From: a virus
Lineage: Duplodnaviria; Heunggongvirae; Uroviricota; Caudoviricetes
Strand: one strand, 5' to 3'
Length of the DNA: 34,455 nucleotides
IMG/VR virus record: IMGVR_UViG_3300046787_000353
Span: 64,001 to 98,455 of that record
Below are positions 17,604 through 27,068 of the stretch, in pieces (positions within the stretch are counted from its first letter, which is position 1; each line of letters begins with the position of its first letter). The notes beneath the pieces were generated by a model. It did not search any database, was not told the origin of the DNA, and saw only the letters and a program-made list of their open reading frames with translations. The position numbers and the translations under genes were made by a program.

Positions 17604-18283
17604 ATTAATTTTTTAGTATATTTTAATGGTTTACCCATGATTACATCATATAAATATTGAAAAAAAAATTCATGGCCGATTTTATTCAAATGTTTATCAG
17701 AATTAGTTACCCAAAATGATGAATTATTTTCAATTATCTCGTCCATTAAGCTATATCTACCATTAAATGTAATCATATTGGATTTATATTTCTTAGCAAA
17801 TTGCTCATTAAATTGGCTATATGCATATCTTTCAGTAGCGCTATCCAATTCAGCATCCAATGACCATATATAAAATTTTACATTTCTATTAGTTAAATAA
17901 TGTGCTATAAATTCAAATTTAATTAAATCCTGTCTGATATATTCATCCATATCCAATGATTTGAATTCAAAGAAAGTATTTTCTATTGTATTGAATCTAC
18001 TATCATCTCCTAAATGTATTGTAGTATTTTTAAAATGGTCTAATATTCTGTGATAGAATCCAATTCCAACTATTACAATATCACCATCTGTTATGGTTTC
18101 ATATTCTTTAAAAAATTTGTTTATAATTTCACCATTACAGCAACCAATCAATGAATGATTGATTAAATTCAATTCTAATTTTTTGGATAATAGCTCTGGC
18201 CAACTTTCTTCTATCTTAACCGAACCATCTGTGGTGAAATGTGTTGAAAACGAATCACCAAAAATAATCAAATTATTGTTCAT
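17600..18283 (-). CDS. SGNH/GDSL-like hydrolase-fold protein
   Basis: IIFGDSFS, SWPELL, GCCN, terminal DKHLNKIGH. Confidence 0.7.
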   Translation of the reverse strand: MNNNLIIFGDSFSTHFTTDGSVKIEESWPELLSKKLELNLINHSLIGCCNGEIINKFFKEYETITDGDIVIVGIGFYHRILDHFKNTTIHLGDDSRFNTIENTFFEFKSLDMDEYIRQDLIKFEFIAHYLTNRNVKFYIWSLDAELDSATERYAYSQFNEQFAKKYKSNMITFNGRYSLMDEIIENNSSFWVTNSDKHLNKIGHEFFFQYLYDVIMGKPLKYTKKLI

Positions 18284-18284
18284 T

Positions 18285-19181
18285 TTAATTAATTTTATCT
18301 AACTCCGATTGAAATGCTTTATGAGCAATTTGTTTAAATTCTTCTTTCCTATCAATACGGCTTAATACTGAATCATAGTAAGTTCTATCTCTATATGCGT
18401 AGTTCTCACATACCACATAGTTCTTTAACTTAAATTGATAAATATTAGAATTTTTCTGATTTAGTTTTTCAATTCCCCACATTATAAATGTATCCTCTAC
18501 TCCATAATGCCCTAATGCTTCTGGCAATGGAACACTATCCAATAGTGCTTTTGATAAACAATTAAACCAACCACCGCCAAATTTAGTTTTAGGTTGCCCA
18601 AATATATCATTTGAAACTACTTCCACCTCAACATTACCAACTTCACCCGAATCTACGAATGGGTTATTTGTTTTACAATAATCCAATTGCTTATTCAAAT
18701 AATTTTGATTAACCAAACAATCCCAAGTGCTATCCCAATATCTAACTATTTCAGGTGAAATTATGTATTGATTGATATTATTTTCTTCAATCATATCAAT
18801 ACTACTCTCCATATAGTGTAAAACCTTATCATCAAAACATATATCAGTATCTAACCATATAAAATGAGTTGCATCTTTACATTCTAAATGGGCAAATCTT
18901 CTATGTGATACGCATCCCATAATATCATCCCTCATTTGAAACGTAGATTTACTAGCCCAATTTGTTAATGATTTTAATGCATAAAATTTATCAATAAAAA
19001 ATTGTTTAGTCAATTTGGAGTTCTCCCAATCAATTAAATAATCGGATGTTGATAGTGATATGTAAAATTCATAATTACTACCATTAACATATTTAGATGT
19101 TTTGTTTAAGTCTACCAACAACTTTTCCAAATCATCTATTTCGTGGGGTAAAATGAATACCGTTAATACTATTTTTTTCAT
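18285..19181 (-). CDS. Glycosyltransferase-like protein (GT-A fold)
   Basis: THFIWLDTDICF (DxD after a hydrophobic strand), FGGGWFNCLSK, GHYGVEDT. Confidence 0.7.
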   Translation of the reverse strand: MKKIVLTVFILPHEIDDLEKLLVDLNKTSKYVNGSNYEFYISLSTSDYLIDWENSKLTKQFFIDKFYALKSLTNWASKSTFQMRDDIMGCVSHRRFAHLECKDATHFIWLDTDICFDDKVLHYMESSIDMIEENNINQYIISPEIVRYWDSTWDCLVNQNYLNKQLDYCKTNNPFVDSGEVGNVEVEVVSNDIFGQPKTKFGGGWFNCLSKALLDSVPLPEALGHYGVEDTFIMWGIEKLNQKNSNIYQFKLKNYVVCENYAYRDRTYYDSVLSRIDRKEEFKQIAHKAFQSELDKIN

Positions 19182-19936
19182 TTATATAATTTTTTTGTAA
19201 CTAAATTATTTAATTCTTCGTTTCTATCATATTGATGAACCAAAACGTATGGCGTATCACCATTCATTATTAAATCATTTTCGATTTTTAAATTCTGCGT
19301 AGTAGTTCCAACTTGCAATGCAAAATCTGAACTAATAGATATCTTATCTCGTATAAGTTGATTATGTATAATAAAGTTAAACGAACTTTGGTCGGTAAAA
19401 TGTCTTATATCACCTGATTGCGATACTAACCAATTTAACATTAGTAATTCTTTAACTGCTTTACACTTCCCAGCTATTACACCAACGTTTCCAATTGTGT
19501 TGGGTTTAATCCAATCCCAAAACATCGGTCCATATCCTTCGTGAATATTTTTATGTCCCCATGGCTCATTCTCGTATGTCACACATTCGGATGCGCAAAT
19601 GATTTCTGTTTTAAGATTTTCTGCCAACCAATCCGATGGATTTAATTGCCACACAATATCTCTAACATCCGTTGTGATAATATGATTCCACGTTCTATCG
19701 GTTGTATTTAAAAAATACCACATATCAATTAATCTTCTCATGTGAGGGTGTCCTTCCAATTCGGCACCATAACACTCCCATCCAAATGAAGAAAGATATT
19801 CTATTGTTTCATTTGGTATGTTATAACATATCATCACTTTATCACCACTAAACCCTGATTTGTTTAATGATTCAACATATATTTTAATCTTTTCTGGCAA
19901 ATAATTTGCTATTGCTGATATAACTAAGTCTTTCAT
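19178..19936 (-). CDS. Glycosyltransferase-like protein (GT-A fold)
   Basis: IITTDVRDIVWQLNP, DQSSFN, VHQYDR. Start set at MKDLV (TAATG overlap with the upstream stop). Confidence 0.7.
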   Translation of the reverse strand: MKDLVISAIANYLPEKIKIYVESLNKSGFSGDKVMICYNIPNETIEYLSSFGWECYGAELEGHPHMRRLIDMWYFLNTTDRTWNHIITTDVRDIVWQLNPSDWLAENLKTEIICASECVTYENEPWGHKNIHEGYGPMFWDWIKPNTIGNVGVIAGKCKAVKELLMLNWLVSQSGDIRHFTDQSSFNFIIHNQLIRDKISISSDFALQVGTTTQNLKIENDLIMNGDTPYVLVHQYDRNEELNNLVTKKLYK

Positions 19937-20682
19937 TATCTTCCGTATTTTTGCCAATCGTTATGTTTGAATAATCCCTCACCGTGTGCAACTCCTATAT
20001 TTTGTTGTTGAGCCCACCATTTAGATATGTTACCTTCCAAATCGATACCATCTCCGGCAAATTGTTTAACGGTATCTAAATAAAATTGTTTCTTATACAT
20101 AGTTGGATTATTAGTCCAATTGCCCCATCGAGAAGTTGTTACGAAGTAATCTCCCAAATACTGTATCTTATCGGGAAATTCAATTGAAGGGTCTAACCAA
20201 TGTAGTGAATCTAAAAGATGTGGCGAAGTGCATCCAATCTCATCATCATAATAATTCAATTCATTACCCTTGTGTCTAAATGAAAAATGTGGATGACCAG
20301 GTTGATTACGATGTCTATATCTAACGGCATCATATCCATTAACATCCAACATCTGAATACCCGTAAGTAATCTATCATAGGTAGTTTCTCTACTTTCAAT
20401 CAAATTCCAATCATGCTCTAATACCAATACATTATCAGTTTGTGCATTTTCAGTCAATCTAAGAAATGCTTTACCTATACCAATATTACTCTGTAATGCT
20501 ATAAAATCCAATCCAAAATGTCTTGCGATTTCTACATCTTGCATCGATGCTTCTTGAAACAGAATTGTAACATCATTTACAATATCAAATAATCCATTTT
20601 GGTGATAGGTAGTTAGTGTATCTACTAATACTTGCCCACTATTCCAAGCTAATATTCCAATACTAATTGGTAGTTTGTCCAT
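19936..20682 (-). CDS. Glycosyltransferase family 2-like protein
   Basis: ISIGILAW, NIGIGKAF, VLVLEHDW, WTNNPTMY, FKHND. Confidence 0.7.
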   Translation of the reverse strand: MDKLPISIGILAWNSGQVLVDTLTTYHQNGLFDIVNDVTILFQEASMQDVEIARHFGLDFIALQSNIGIGKAFLRLTENAQTDNVLVLEHDWNLIESRETTYDRLLTGIQMLDVNGYDAVRYRHRNQPGHPHFSFRHKGNELNYYDDEIGCTSPHLLDSLHWLDPSIEFPDKIQYLGDYFVTTSRWGNWTNNPTMYKKQFYLDTVKQFAGDGIDLEGNISKWWAQQQNIGVAHGEGLFKHNDWQKYGR

Positions 20683-21310
20683 TTCTTAAATAATTTATAA
20701 AGTTTATTTGGTCTTGCTTCTTAACCTCATCCCATTGAGTTTCATCGGAAGTCGTGCTCATTTCAGTTTCTACTTTGAAATTTCTTAAAATTCCCTTTGG
20801 TGCGGGATTTACATCTTTAATGAAGTTATCACCATACCATATTTTAATGTTTTCTGGAATATTAATCCAATCTGATTTATGAAACATAATCATACATCCC
20901 CATCCCCAATCATTTACACCAGGTTGCCATTTATCTATATACGGCCCTTTGGTATCATCTATTGGATTTTTATAATTACCCTCACCCATTCCAATAATTC
21001 CAAATTCAGAAAATACTTCCGTATTTATTAAACCAAATATATTTGGGTCAAAGTTTATATCATCATTCAATAGAGCTATATGAGTGTTTCTAGCCAATTC
21101 AATTCCCCAATTCCATGCAGGATTTACATAGATGTTTTTACCAAATGAAACATGTCTAACTTTTTCTACTTTCCCATCCAATACATCTGTCAATTGATTA
21201 TTTATTACAATAATCTCATCTACATACTCACACTCATTTAAATCTGAAAGTAATTTTTTAGTTCTGTCTGATTTCCAAAGTGTTGGAATTACTATTGTAT
21301 ATTTATCCAT
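20663..21310 (-). CDS. Glycosyltransferase family 2
   Basis: YTIVIPTLW, EIIVINN, NPAWNWGIELA, IALLNDDINF, WYGDN. Confidence 0.85.
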   Translation of the reverse strand: MDKYTIVIPTLWKSDRTKKLLSDLNECEYVDEIIVINNQLTDVLDGKVEKVRHVSFGKNIYVNPAWNWGIELARNTHIALLNDDINFDPNIFGLINTEVFSEFGIIGMGEGNYKNPIDDTKGPYIDKWQPGVNDWGWGCMIMFHKSDWINIPENIKIWYGDNFIKDVNPAPKGILRNFKVETEMSTTSDETQWDEVKKQDQINFINYLRNGQTTN

Positions 21311-22169
21311 TTATTTTATATTTTTCAAATTCACCAATTAACGTATCTACGACTTGTATTTGAGTATAATTGTGTAATACTTTTATCATACCATTATGAG
21401 CAATCCTTTCTCTTTCCTCTTCATTTTCATTGTAGTAGTTCATCTTCTCTATACAATCAAACATATCATTGTAGAAAACTATTTCCTCACCTTCTTTGAA
21501 TATAGATTGTAATTCGGTTGTAGTATTCAATCTATCAGTCAACACTAATTTACCACAAGCCATTCCTTCGAATATTCTACGAGTTATTTCACCCCATCTA
21601 CTATTCTGAATAACCATCAAACCACTATTCAAAAATTCAGTATGTTCTTTTGGCCCCATACCATTTTTATTACCAACGACACCTTCTGCCCATCTTGTGA
21701 GATAATCTAAAAAATCAGAACTACCTTGCCCACGTGTAGTAACTGCTACATACTTCGGCTCAATATTCATTGGATATTGAACTGCCGTATCGGCAAAGTG
21801 GTTTATCCACATAGCATTAATACCTCTTTTAATATATTCTTTACAACTTTCGGATGCGGGTGTGATTGTTAAATGGAATCGATTTGCTTTAGGATAGTTT
21901 CTTTCAAAATTTTGAGGGTCATCTCCACTTTCTTGTATCCAAAATGCAGGAACTAAATCTTTGTTTAAATATTGTGAATCAAATCTACCCCAATCCATAA
22001 ACAATACAATATCGGTTTGTGGTTTGGAATCTATCCAATTTCTTAAGTCTGAATCGTTTGTTTTTACAATTTGGGTTTCCCACCCTCTTTCTTTAAATTC
22101 GTTTACTAATGCCAATGGAGTAGACCACTCTTCGCCATCTTTGTAATCGTATATGAATGTTATTTTCAT
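21303..22169 (-). CDS. Glycosyltransferase, CgeB/Glyco_trans_1_2-like (GT-B)
   Basis: RRIFEGMACGKLVLTD, FKEGEEIVFY, ERERIAHNG..KVLHNYT. Confidence 0.85.
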   Translation of the reverse strand: MKITFIYDYKDGEEWSTPLALVNEFKERGWETQIVKTNDSDLRNWIDSKPQTDIVLFMDWGRFDSQYLNKDLVPAFWIQESGDDPQNFERNYPKANRFHLTITPASESCKEYIKRGINAMWINHFADTAVQYPMNIEPKYVAVTTRGQGSSDFLDYLTRWAEGVVGNKNGMGPKEHTEFLNSGLMVIQNSRWGEITRRIFEGMACGKLVLTDRLNTTTELQSIFKEGEEIVFYNDMFDCIEKMNYYNENEEERERIAHNGMIKVLHNYTQIQVVDTLIGEFEKYKING

Positions 22170-22825
22170 TTTGCGTATTCGTTTCTTTTAAAATTTACCA
22201 AATAATGATTTAGATTTTCTAAATTATATGGTGAGTATGGTTGCCAATCTTCTCCGTTTTGAATAAAATCCGTTTCTGCTTTTGTTCTACTTTTACGAAT
22301 ATTCTCTAACTTTAAAGTCTTAGCATACTTACCAGTCATCCACCAAAAATTACCAGAATATATTCTCCAATTTGCAATCGATGTAAATAATACACCATAG
22401 GTATTAAACTTGCTTCGTTTAAAAATATCAAATACATTTTGTACTTTTTCTATATTAAAGTAATTCATCAATCTTCTCCAAGATTCAATATTATCGTAAG
22501 CAGGTGTATCTATTTTAGATGCCCCCTTTGTATGAAGATACAAAATATAATCGGAATCTCCAAATTTTTGTATATCTTTTTCTATCAAATCTAACGTAAC
22601 AAATTCGTGTCCATTGCTCTGTATATCTCTCACTTTCCAATTTGGATTATCATATCTATTCAATTTTTTTAACATCCAATCAATTGACATGTTATCTTTT
22701 CCAATTGAAATTCCCACATTTAGAATATATGGAAAATTAAAATGAGCCTCTATCAATGATAGTTGCTCATTTATTATAGATTCAACACCTTCTACCGCAT
22801 ATATGTGATAATAGATGTGAACCAT
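22166..22825 (-). CDS. Glycosyltransferase-like protein (LYLHTKG family)
   Basis: HIYYHI, HEFVTL, ILYLHTKG, YSGNFWW. Start set at MVHIY (TAATG overlap). Confidence 0.6.
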   Translation of the reverse strand: MVHIYYHIYAVEGVESIINEQLSLIEAHFNFPYILNVGISIGKDNMSIDWMLKKLNRYDNPNWKVRDIQSNGHEFVTLDLIEKDIQKFGDSDYILYLHTKGASKIDTPAYDNIESWRRLMNYFNIEKVQNVFDIFKRSKFNTYGVLFTSIANWRIYSGNFWWMTGKYAKTLKLENIRKSRTKAETDFIQNGEDWQPYSPYNLENLNHYLVNFKRNEYAK

Positions 22826-23448
22826 TATATAGTATCGTAATAATTGTTTTGTCGTTCTTGTCTTTCGATTGTCTTTGGATGCTGAATACAATATACCTCT
22901 TCTAATGGTAAATTCGTATAACTTTCAAATCCTACAATTCTCTCATGCACTTTACCACTCCATCCAATTTTATCGGAATTTTTGTAAATACGAGTTTGTA
23001 CATCTGGAAAGTTTACCCATCCGTTTTCGTTCACACTCCATCCCCATTTTTGAATATGAGCTTGGGTTAATCCTTCAACGGTATTGATACGTGGAACTAA
23101 GATAAGTTCTTTATCTGCGTTATTATCCAATATATCTTCTAAATTATGAATTAAATCATTCGATAAGAATTCATCCGCATCTAATTGGAATATCCATTCA
23201 CCTTTACATTGTGAATTTAATAAGTTCTTCCATTGTGCAAAATCTCCAGCAAATTCAGATTCTATAACAGTGATTTTATCGGCATTTGCTTGTAGTTCCA
23301 AATATTCGATTAATTCAGTCTGAGCTTTAGGTGTATCCAATAAAACTACAACCTCTGAATTTTCTCCTTTGTAGTTTAATAACTGATTGATTAGTCGTAA
23401 TGTTTCATCATATTCATTACATACTGTAATTGCGTAACTAATTTTCAT
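22825..23448 (-). CDS. Glycosyltransferase family 2
   Basis: ISYAITVCNE, DFAQWKN, WIFQLDADE, FPDVQTRIY, KVHE. Confidence 0.85.
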   Translation of the reverse strand: MKISYAITVCNEYDETLRLINQLLNYKGENSEVVVLLDTPKAQTELIEYLELQANADKITVIESEFAGDFAQWKNLLNSQCKGEWIFQLDADEFLSNDLIHNLEDILDNNADKELILVPRINTVEGLTQAHIQKWGWSVNENGWVNFPDVQTRIYKNSDKIGWSGKVHERIVGFESYTNLPLEEVYCIQHPKTIERQERQNNYYDTI

Positions 23449-23590
23449 CTATTTCTAATTTAATTGTAGGAACATCATTTACTTGCTCCAATATTTCTTT
23501 AAGTTCATCCCATTGCTTCGGTGAAATATTATAATGATGTACCCCCATTGCGAATCCTTTCAACCAAATAACAAATTCTTGTGATGTCAT
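23438..23590 (-). CDS. 50-aa hypothetical protein (MTSQEFVIWLKGFAMGVHH...)
   Basis: Not in ORF track; ATG 23590, TAG 23438-23440; fills the gap. Confidence 0.7.
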   Translation of the reverse strand: MTSQEFVIWLKGFAMGVHHYNISPKQWDELKEILEQVNDVPTIKLEIDEN

Positions 23591-23597
23591 AATGTAA

Positions 23598-23729
23598 CTA
23601 TTTATTTTTCTTTTTTAATTTTTGGATTTCTTTTTGAGTCTGAATCCGTTCTAACTGCGTAAGTTCATCGCATTTCCAACACCACTCTTTGTCGGTAGTA
23701 TCCCAATTATGTCTTTCGCATTTAGCCAT
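23598..23729 (-). CDS. 43-aa putative zinc-finger peptide (CERH-x9-CWKC) with basic helix
   Basis: Not in ORF track; MAKCERHNWDTTDKEWCWKCDELTQLERIQTQKEIQKLKKKNK; starts 3 nt after the upstream stop. Confidence 0.65.
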   Translation of the reverse strand: MAKCERHNWDTTDKEWCWKCDELTQLERIQTQKEIQKLKKKNK

Positions 23730-23732
23730 AAC

Positions 23733-24167
23733 CTATTTTTTATGTGGAGGAGTTAGTTCCTCAATATCCATATTTAATTTGATTATTCTCCCCAATCCAC
23801 TCATCTTATAAGTTCTATAAGCATCATTTGTGATTACCGGTACTTTTGCTACAACCGATTGGTAGAATTTCTTAGCACCACCTTTTATTTGTAAAGAATT
23901 TTCATCCTCATCTACAAACTTACCAAAGAATTTTTTAATCAAATCAGGTCTAACATTACTAACCTTTACAGCATGAACTACATCTTTAGCTTTGGATACA
24001 AATAATGTATAGATGATGGGAGCGGTTGTTTCCGTAAACTTACCCTTCGTGCCATCTACATAATCATATTCTTTGATTAAATAGAAATTACCCCTAACCA
24101 TTTGATTAGGAGTAATTGCATGTTTCTCATCTATATACTTACCGTATACTCTATTATATGTTATCAT
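23733..24167 (-). CDS. Hypothetical protein
   Basis: 144-aa ORF in tight operon context. Confidence 0.75.
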   Translation of the reverse strand: MITYNRVYGKYIDEKHAITPNQMVRGNFYLIKEYDYVDGTKGKFTETTAPIIYTLFVSKAKDVVHAVKVSNVRPDLIKKFFGKFVDEDENSLQIKGGAKKFYQSVVAKVPVITNDAYRTYKMSGLGRIIKLNMDIEELTPPHKK

Positions 24168-25434
24168 TTTTACTTAACATTTTCAATTTAGGTAACTGTA
24201 GTTGTTGAAACTTTGGTTGAGTTTTAGTATAAATACTATACTGATTTAAAATAGAATCAAACCCTTCGGTCATTTTTGATAAACTGAAATTTGCTAAGTT
24301 GTGTTTTCCTAATTTAGATGATTCGTTCTTATATTTATTATAATTCTTATAAACATCTTTGATTATAGGTAATGCTTTGGAAACATTTACATTGAACCAT
24401 TTAGCTTCTTTTAATAAAAATTGGTCAGCTGCCGATTCGTGTACTGCTTTCAATTCTCCTTCTAATAATACAGCCCCTTCTTTTAAGAAATCCAAATGCC
24501 CACTCCAATTAGAAACAATTACAGGCTTACCCGTCAAACTGAATTCTAATAAAGGTCTACCAAATCCTTCACCTTTTGTAAAGTTTAACATTGCTTTTAC
24601 CTTTGGATGTTCATATAATCCATTCATTTGAGATGGAGTTAAATCACCATGTAATAGATAAATTGGAACTGATTTATAATCGTTGCCCAATACTTCTCTG
24701 ATTTTCTTAATAGTGGCTTCTCTATCTAATACACTAAATCCAGCCGAAGATGTTTTTAAAACCAATGCAGGTTTTACTTTTTCATTCTTAAAAGCCATTG
24801 CGAATGTCTTAATCATCATTCCCACATTCTTTCTATCTTCACCCAAATCACCTCTTAGCCAATGTCCTACGAATAAGAATGCAAAATCTTCTTTGATTGA
24901 ATCCAATTCAGTTACATGTACCACTACATCAGTTCCGAAATCAAGTTCATCAAATCCTTCAAAGAGAACCTCTATCGGTTTTTGAATTTTATGCTGTGCA
25001 ATCAATTGTCCACTATTTCTATCCTGCTCATTATAAACAGAATCTACTAAACTCTTTTTAGAATGTTCGGATGGAACGATTAATAAATCCATTCTATTAC
25101 ATCCATGTACCCAATCCAATGCACAATGTGTCGTTTCAATTGCGGCAGTGATACCAATGTTGTAGTGCCCCAATGGTTGAAATTCATTTGGTACTGTGAC
25201 CTGAATGTAGATATCTGGCTTACTTTCTATTTTTGGTATAATACTATTAACTACCCATTTATGAAATTCGTTATCGTAATTAAGAGCATCCATTGGAGTT
25301 TGTCCCCAACGTGTACTAATTACTTTAATTTCGAATTTATCTAATTTATATAGTGAATGTAATAAGTCCCTAGCGTGGTCACCATATCCACTTCTCGTTG
25401 CTACCGGTCCTTGAAATACTAATGTCGGTTTCAT
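24154..25434 (-). CDS. Glycosyltransferase, GT-B (GT4-like)
   Basis: ATRSGYGDH, LLIVPSEHSK, FLFVGHW, DRKNVG, FTKGEGFGRPLLEF, VIVSNWSGHLDF. Confidence 0.88.
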   Translation of the reverse strand: MKPTLVFQGPVATRSGYGDHARDLLHSLYKLDKFEIKVISTRWGQTPMDALNYDNEFHKWVVNSIIPKIESKPDIYIQVTVPNEFQPLGHYNIGITAAIETTHCALDWVHGCNRMDLLIVPSEHSKKSLVDSVYNEQDRNSGQLIAQHKIQKPIEVLFEGFDELDFGTDVVVHVTELDSIKEDFAFLFVGHWLRGDLGEDRKNVGMMIKTFAMAFKNEKVKPALVLKTSSAGFSVLDREATIKKIREVLGNDYKSVPIYLLHGDLTPSQMNGLYEHPKVKAMLNFTKGEGFGRPLLEFSLTGKPVIVSNWSGHLDFLKEGAVLLEGELKAVHESAADQFLLKEAKWFNVNVSKALPIIKDVYKNYNKYKNESSKLGKHNLANFSLSKMTEGFDSILNQYSIYTKTQPKFQQLQLPKLKMLSKNDNI

Positions 25435-25435
25435 A

Positions 25436-26818
25436 TTATAACTCTATTAACTTAAATTTTTGTTTTGGTTTCCAATTTGCGAAAGCTCCTTCCATACCAT
25501 CTACTAATGATTGGCACATAGCCTCTCTACTTAGTAATCCATCGCCTAACATCCATTTTCTACCTTTTTCACCTGCTATATCTCTATCTTCTTTTGGAGT
25601 TAAATACCATTCCATAATAAGTGGCGAAATATCTTCGAAATCAACTCTATCATCAAAAATATATGGAGTAGGAACTGAACCTGTTGTTGAACGTACTGGC
25701 CAAATTGGTTTAACCCAATCTCCCCATACTACACCGGCTTTTTTATGCTTATCATGCAATGAACCAATTTCAACATAATCTTCAGCGGTTAATAATTTAC
25801 CCGTTGCGATATCTCTGAATCCACATTGGTCTTGCATACCACCCGTTACATTTACAATGATTGGAGTTCCAGCCATTACCGATTCTGCGGTTGCTAATCC
25901 AAATCCTTCATTTGATGCCACATTGATTGTAACATCTCCAATGTTATAAAGATAATTCAATTCGGTTTCAGTATAACGATTTGGTGCAAATATCACATTA
26001 GTTTCAGGTGAACAACAATGTGCAATTGTAGTTGGTAAGTCTGTACCATGCTCTTGAATAGGTTCGGTGTGCATTAATAAACAAACCTTATCTCTTTTTT
26101 CCGGAGCAAGCGCGGCAACAAACTTATCAAATGCTAATATAACATCGATTGGTTGTTTTCTACGAATGTTTCTATTATTCCAATATAAAACAAATTCATA
26201 TTCTTTTTCTCCAAAGATACTTTTTTTGAATTCTTGCGGAACATCTACTTTTTTGTATAGGTCTGAATTAATACCATGTGGTACATAGCTTACTTGCCAA
26301 TCAGCAGGTGGTGTCCAATGTGATTCCTTATCCCACCCCCAAACTCTCTTAGTAATACCATAGGTTTGTTTTGAGATACATCCAATCCAATCACAACTTT
26401 CATAATAATTTCTATTATATTTTGGGTCTGGCAAATCATCCCAAATGTGATAAAAGAATAACGGAACTGATTGTCTAATTTCGTGTTCAATCTCATATAA
26501 CCAAATCCAATATCTTGGGTCTGTAAAGTGTAAGATTGCATCCGGCTTCTCAATCATTAATAATTGCCTAATTATATCAGCGTTTCCATACCCATCTGAT
26601 GGGTAGATTTTCACATTTGCATCCGATACGCCCGTTTGAGCACGAACATCATCGTTTAAATCTAAAACCTTACCTGCTTCTGGATGTTTGATTGCTGCCC
26701 CCAATTGAACCCAATCGTATTTGTCAACTGTTCCCATAACCAATTGTTTGGAAACGTTAGCGATACCACTCGCCATTCGTAAATCATCTGATAATAACAG
26801 AATCTTCTTTTTTGCCAT
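25436..26818 (-). CDS. Glycosyltransferase, GT-B (GT4-like)
   Basis: LLSDDLRMASG, YVPHGIN, NNRNIRRKQPID, ASNEGFGLATAESVMAGTPIIVNVTGG. Confidence 0.88.
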   Translation of the reverse strand: MAKKKILLLSDDLRMASGIANVSKQLVMGTVDKYDWVQLGAAIKHPEAGKVLDLNDDVRAQTGVSDANVKIYPSDGYGNADIIRQLLMIEKPDAILHFTDPRYWIWLYEIEHEIRQSVPLFFYHIWDDLPDPKYNRNYYESCDWIGCISKQTYGITKRVWGWDKESHWTPPADWQVSYVPHGINSDLYKKVDVPQEFKKSIFGEKEYEFVLYWNNRNIRRKQPIDVILAFDKFVAALAPEKRDKVCLLMHTEPIQEHGTDLPTTIAHCCSPETNVIFAPNRYTETELNYLYNIGDVTINVASNEGFGLATAESVMAGTPIIVNVTGGMQDQCGFRDIATGKLLTAEDYVEIGSLHDKHKKAGVVWGDWVKPIWPVRSTTGSVPTPYIFDDRVDFEDISPLIMEWYLTPKEDRDIAGEKGRKWMLGDGLLSREAMCQSLVDGMEGAFANWKPKQKFKLIEL

Positions 26819-26833
26819 AACTGTTTTGTTCTC

Positions 26834-27031
26834 TTAAAATTGTGAACCACTAGTTTGTAATATAGTGTATTCATTTAATTGTTTTCTAAATCCTTCATTT
26901 TTGGTATAAAGGTCTAAAGTTCTATTAACAAGTCTTTGAAAGTTTAACCCACCTTGTATGGTTACCATTTTAAATTCCTCATCATATAACTCCTTTATAA
27001 CTTTAACCGTAGTTAATTTTAAATTTGCCAT
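26834..27031 (-). CDS. Ribbon-helix-helix-like DNA-binding protein
   Basis: N-terminal alternating strand LTTVKV followed by two helices (ELYDEEFK, FQRLVNRTLDLY); 65 aa. Confidence 0.55.
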   Translation of the reverse strand: MANLKLTTVKVIKELYDEEFKMVTIQGGLNFQRLVNRTLDLYTKNEGFRKQLNEYTILQTSGSQF

Positions 27032-27068
27032 AATAGTTTATTGTATATATACATATATATAACAAAAA

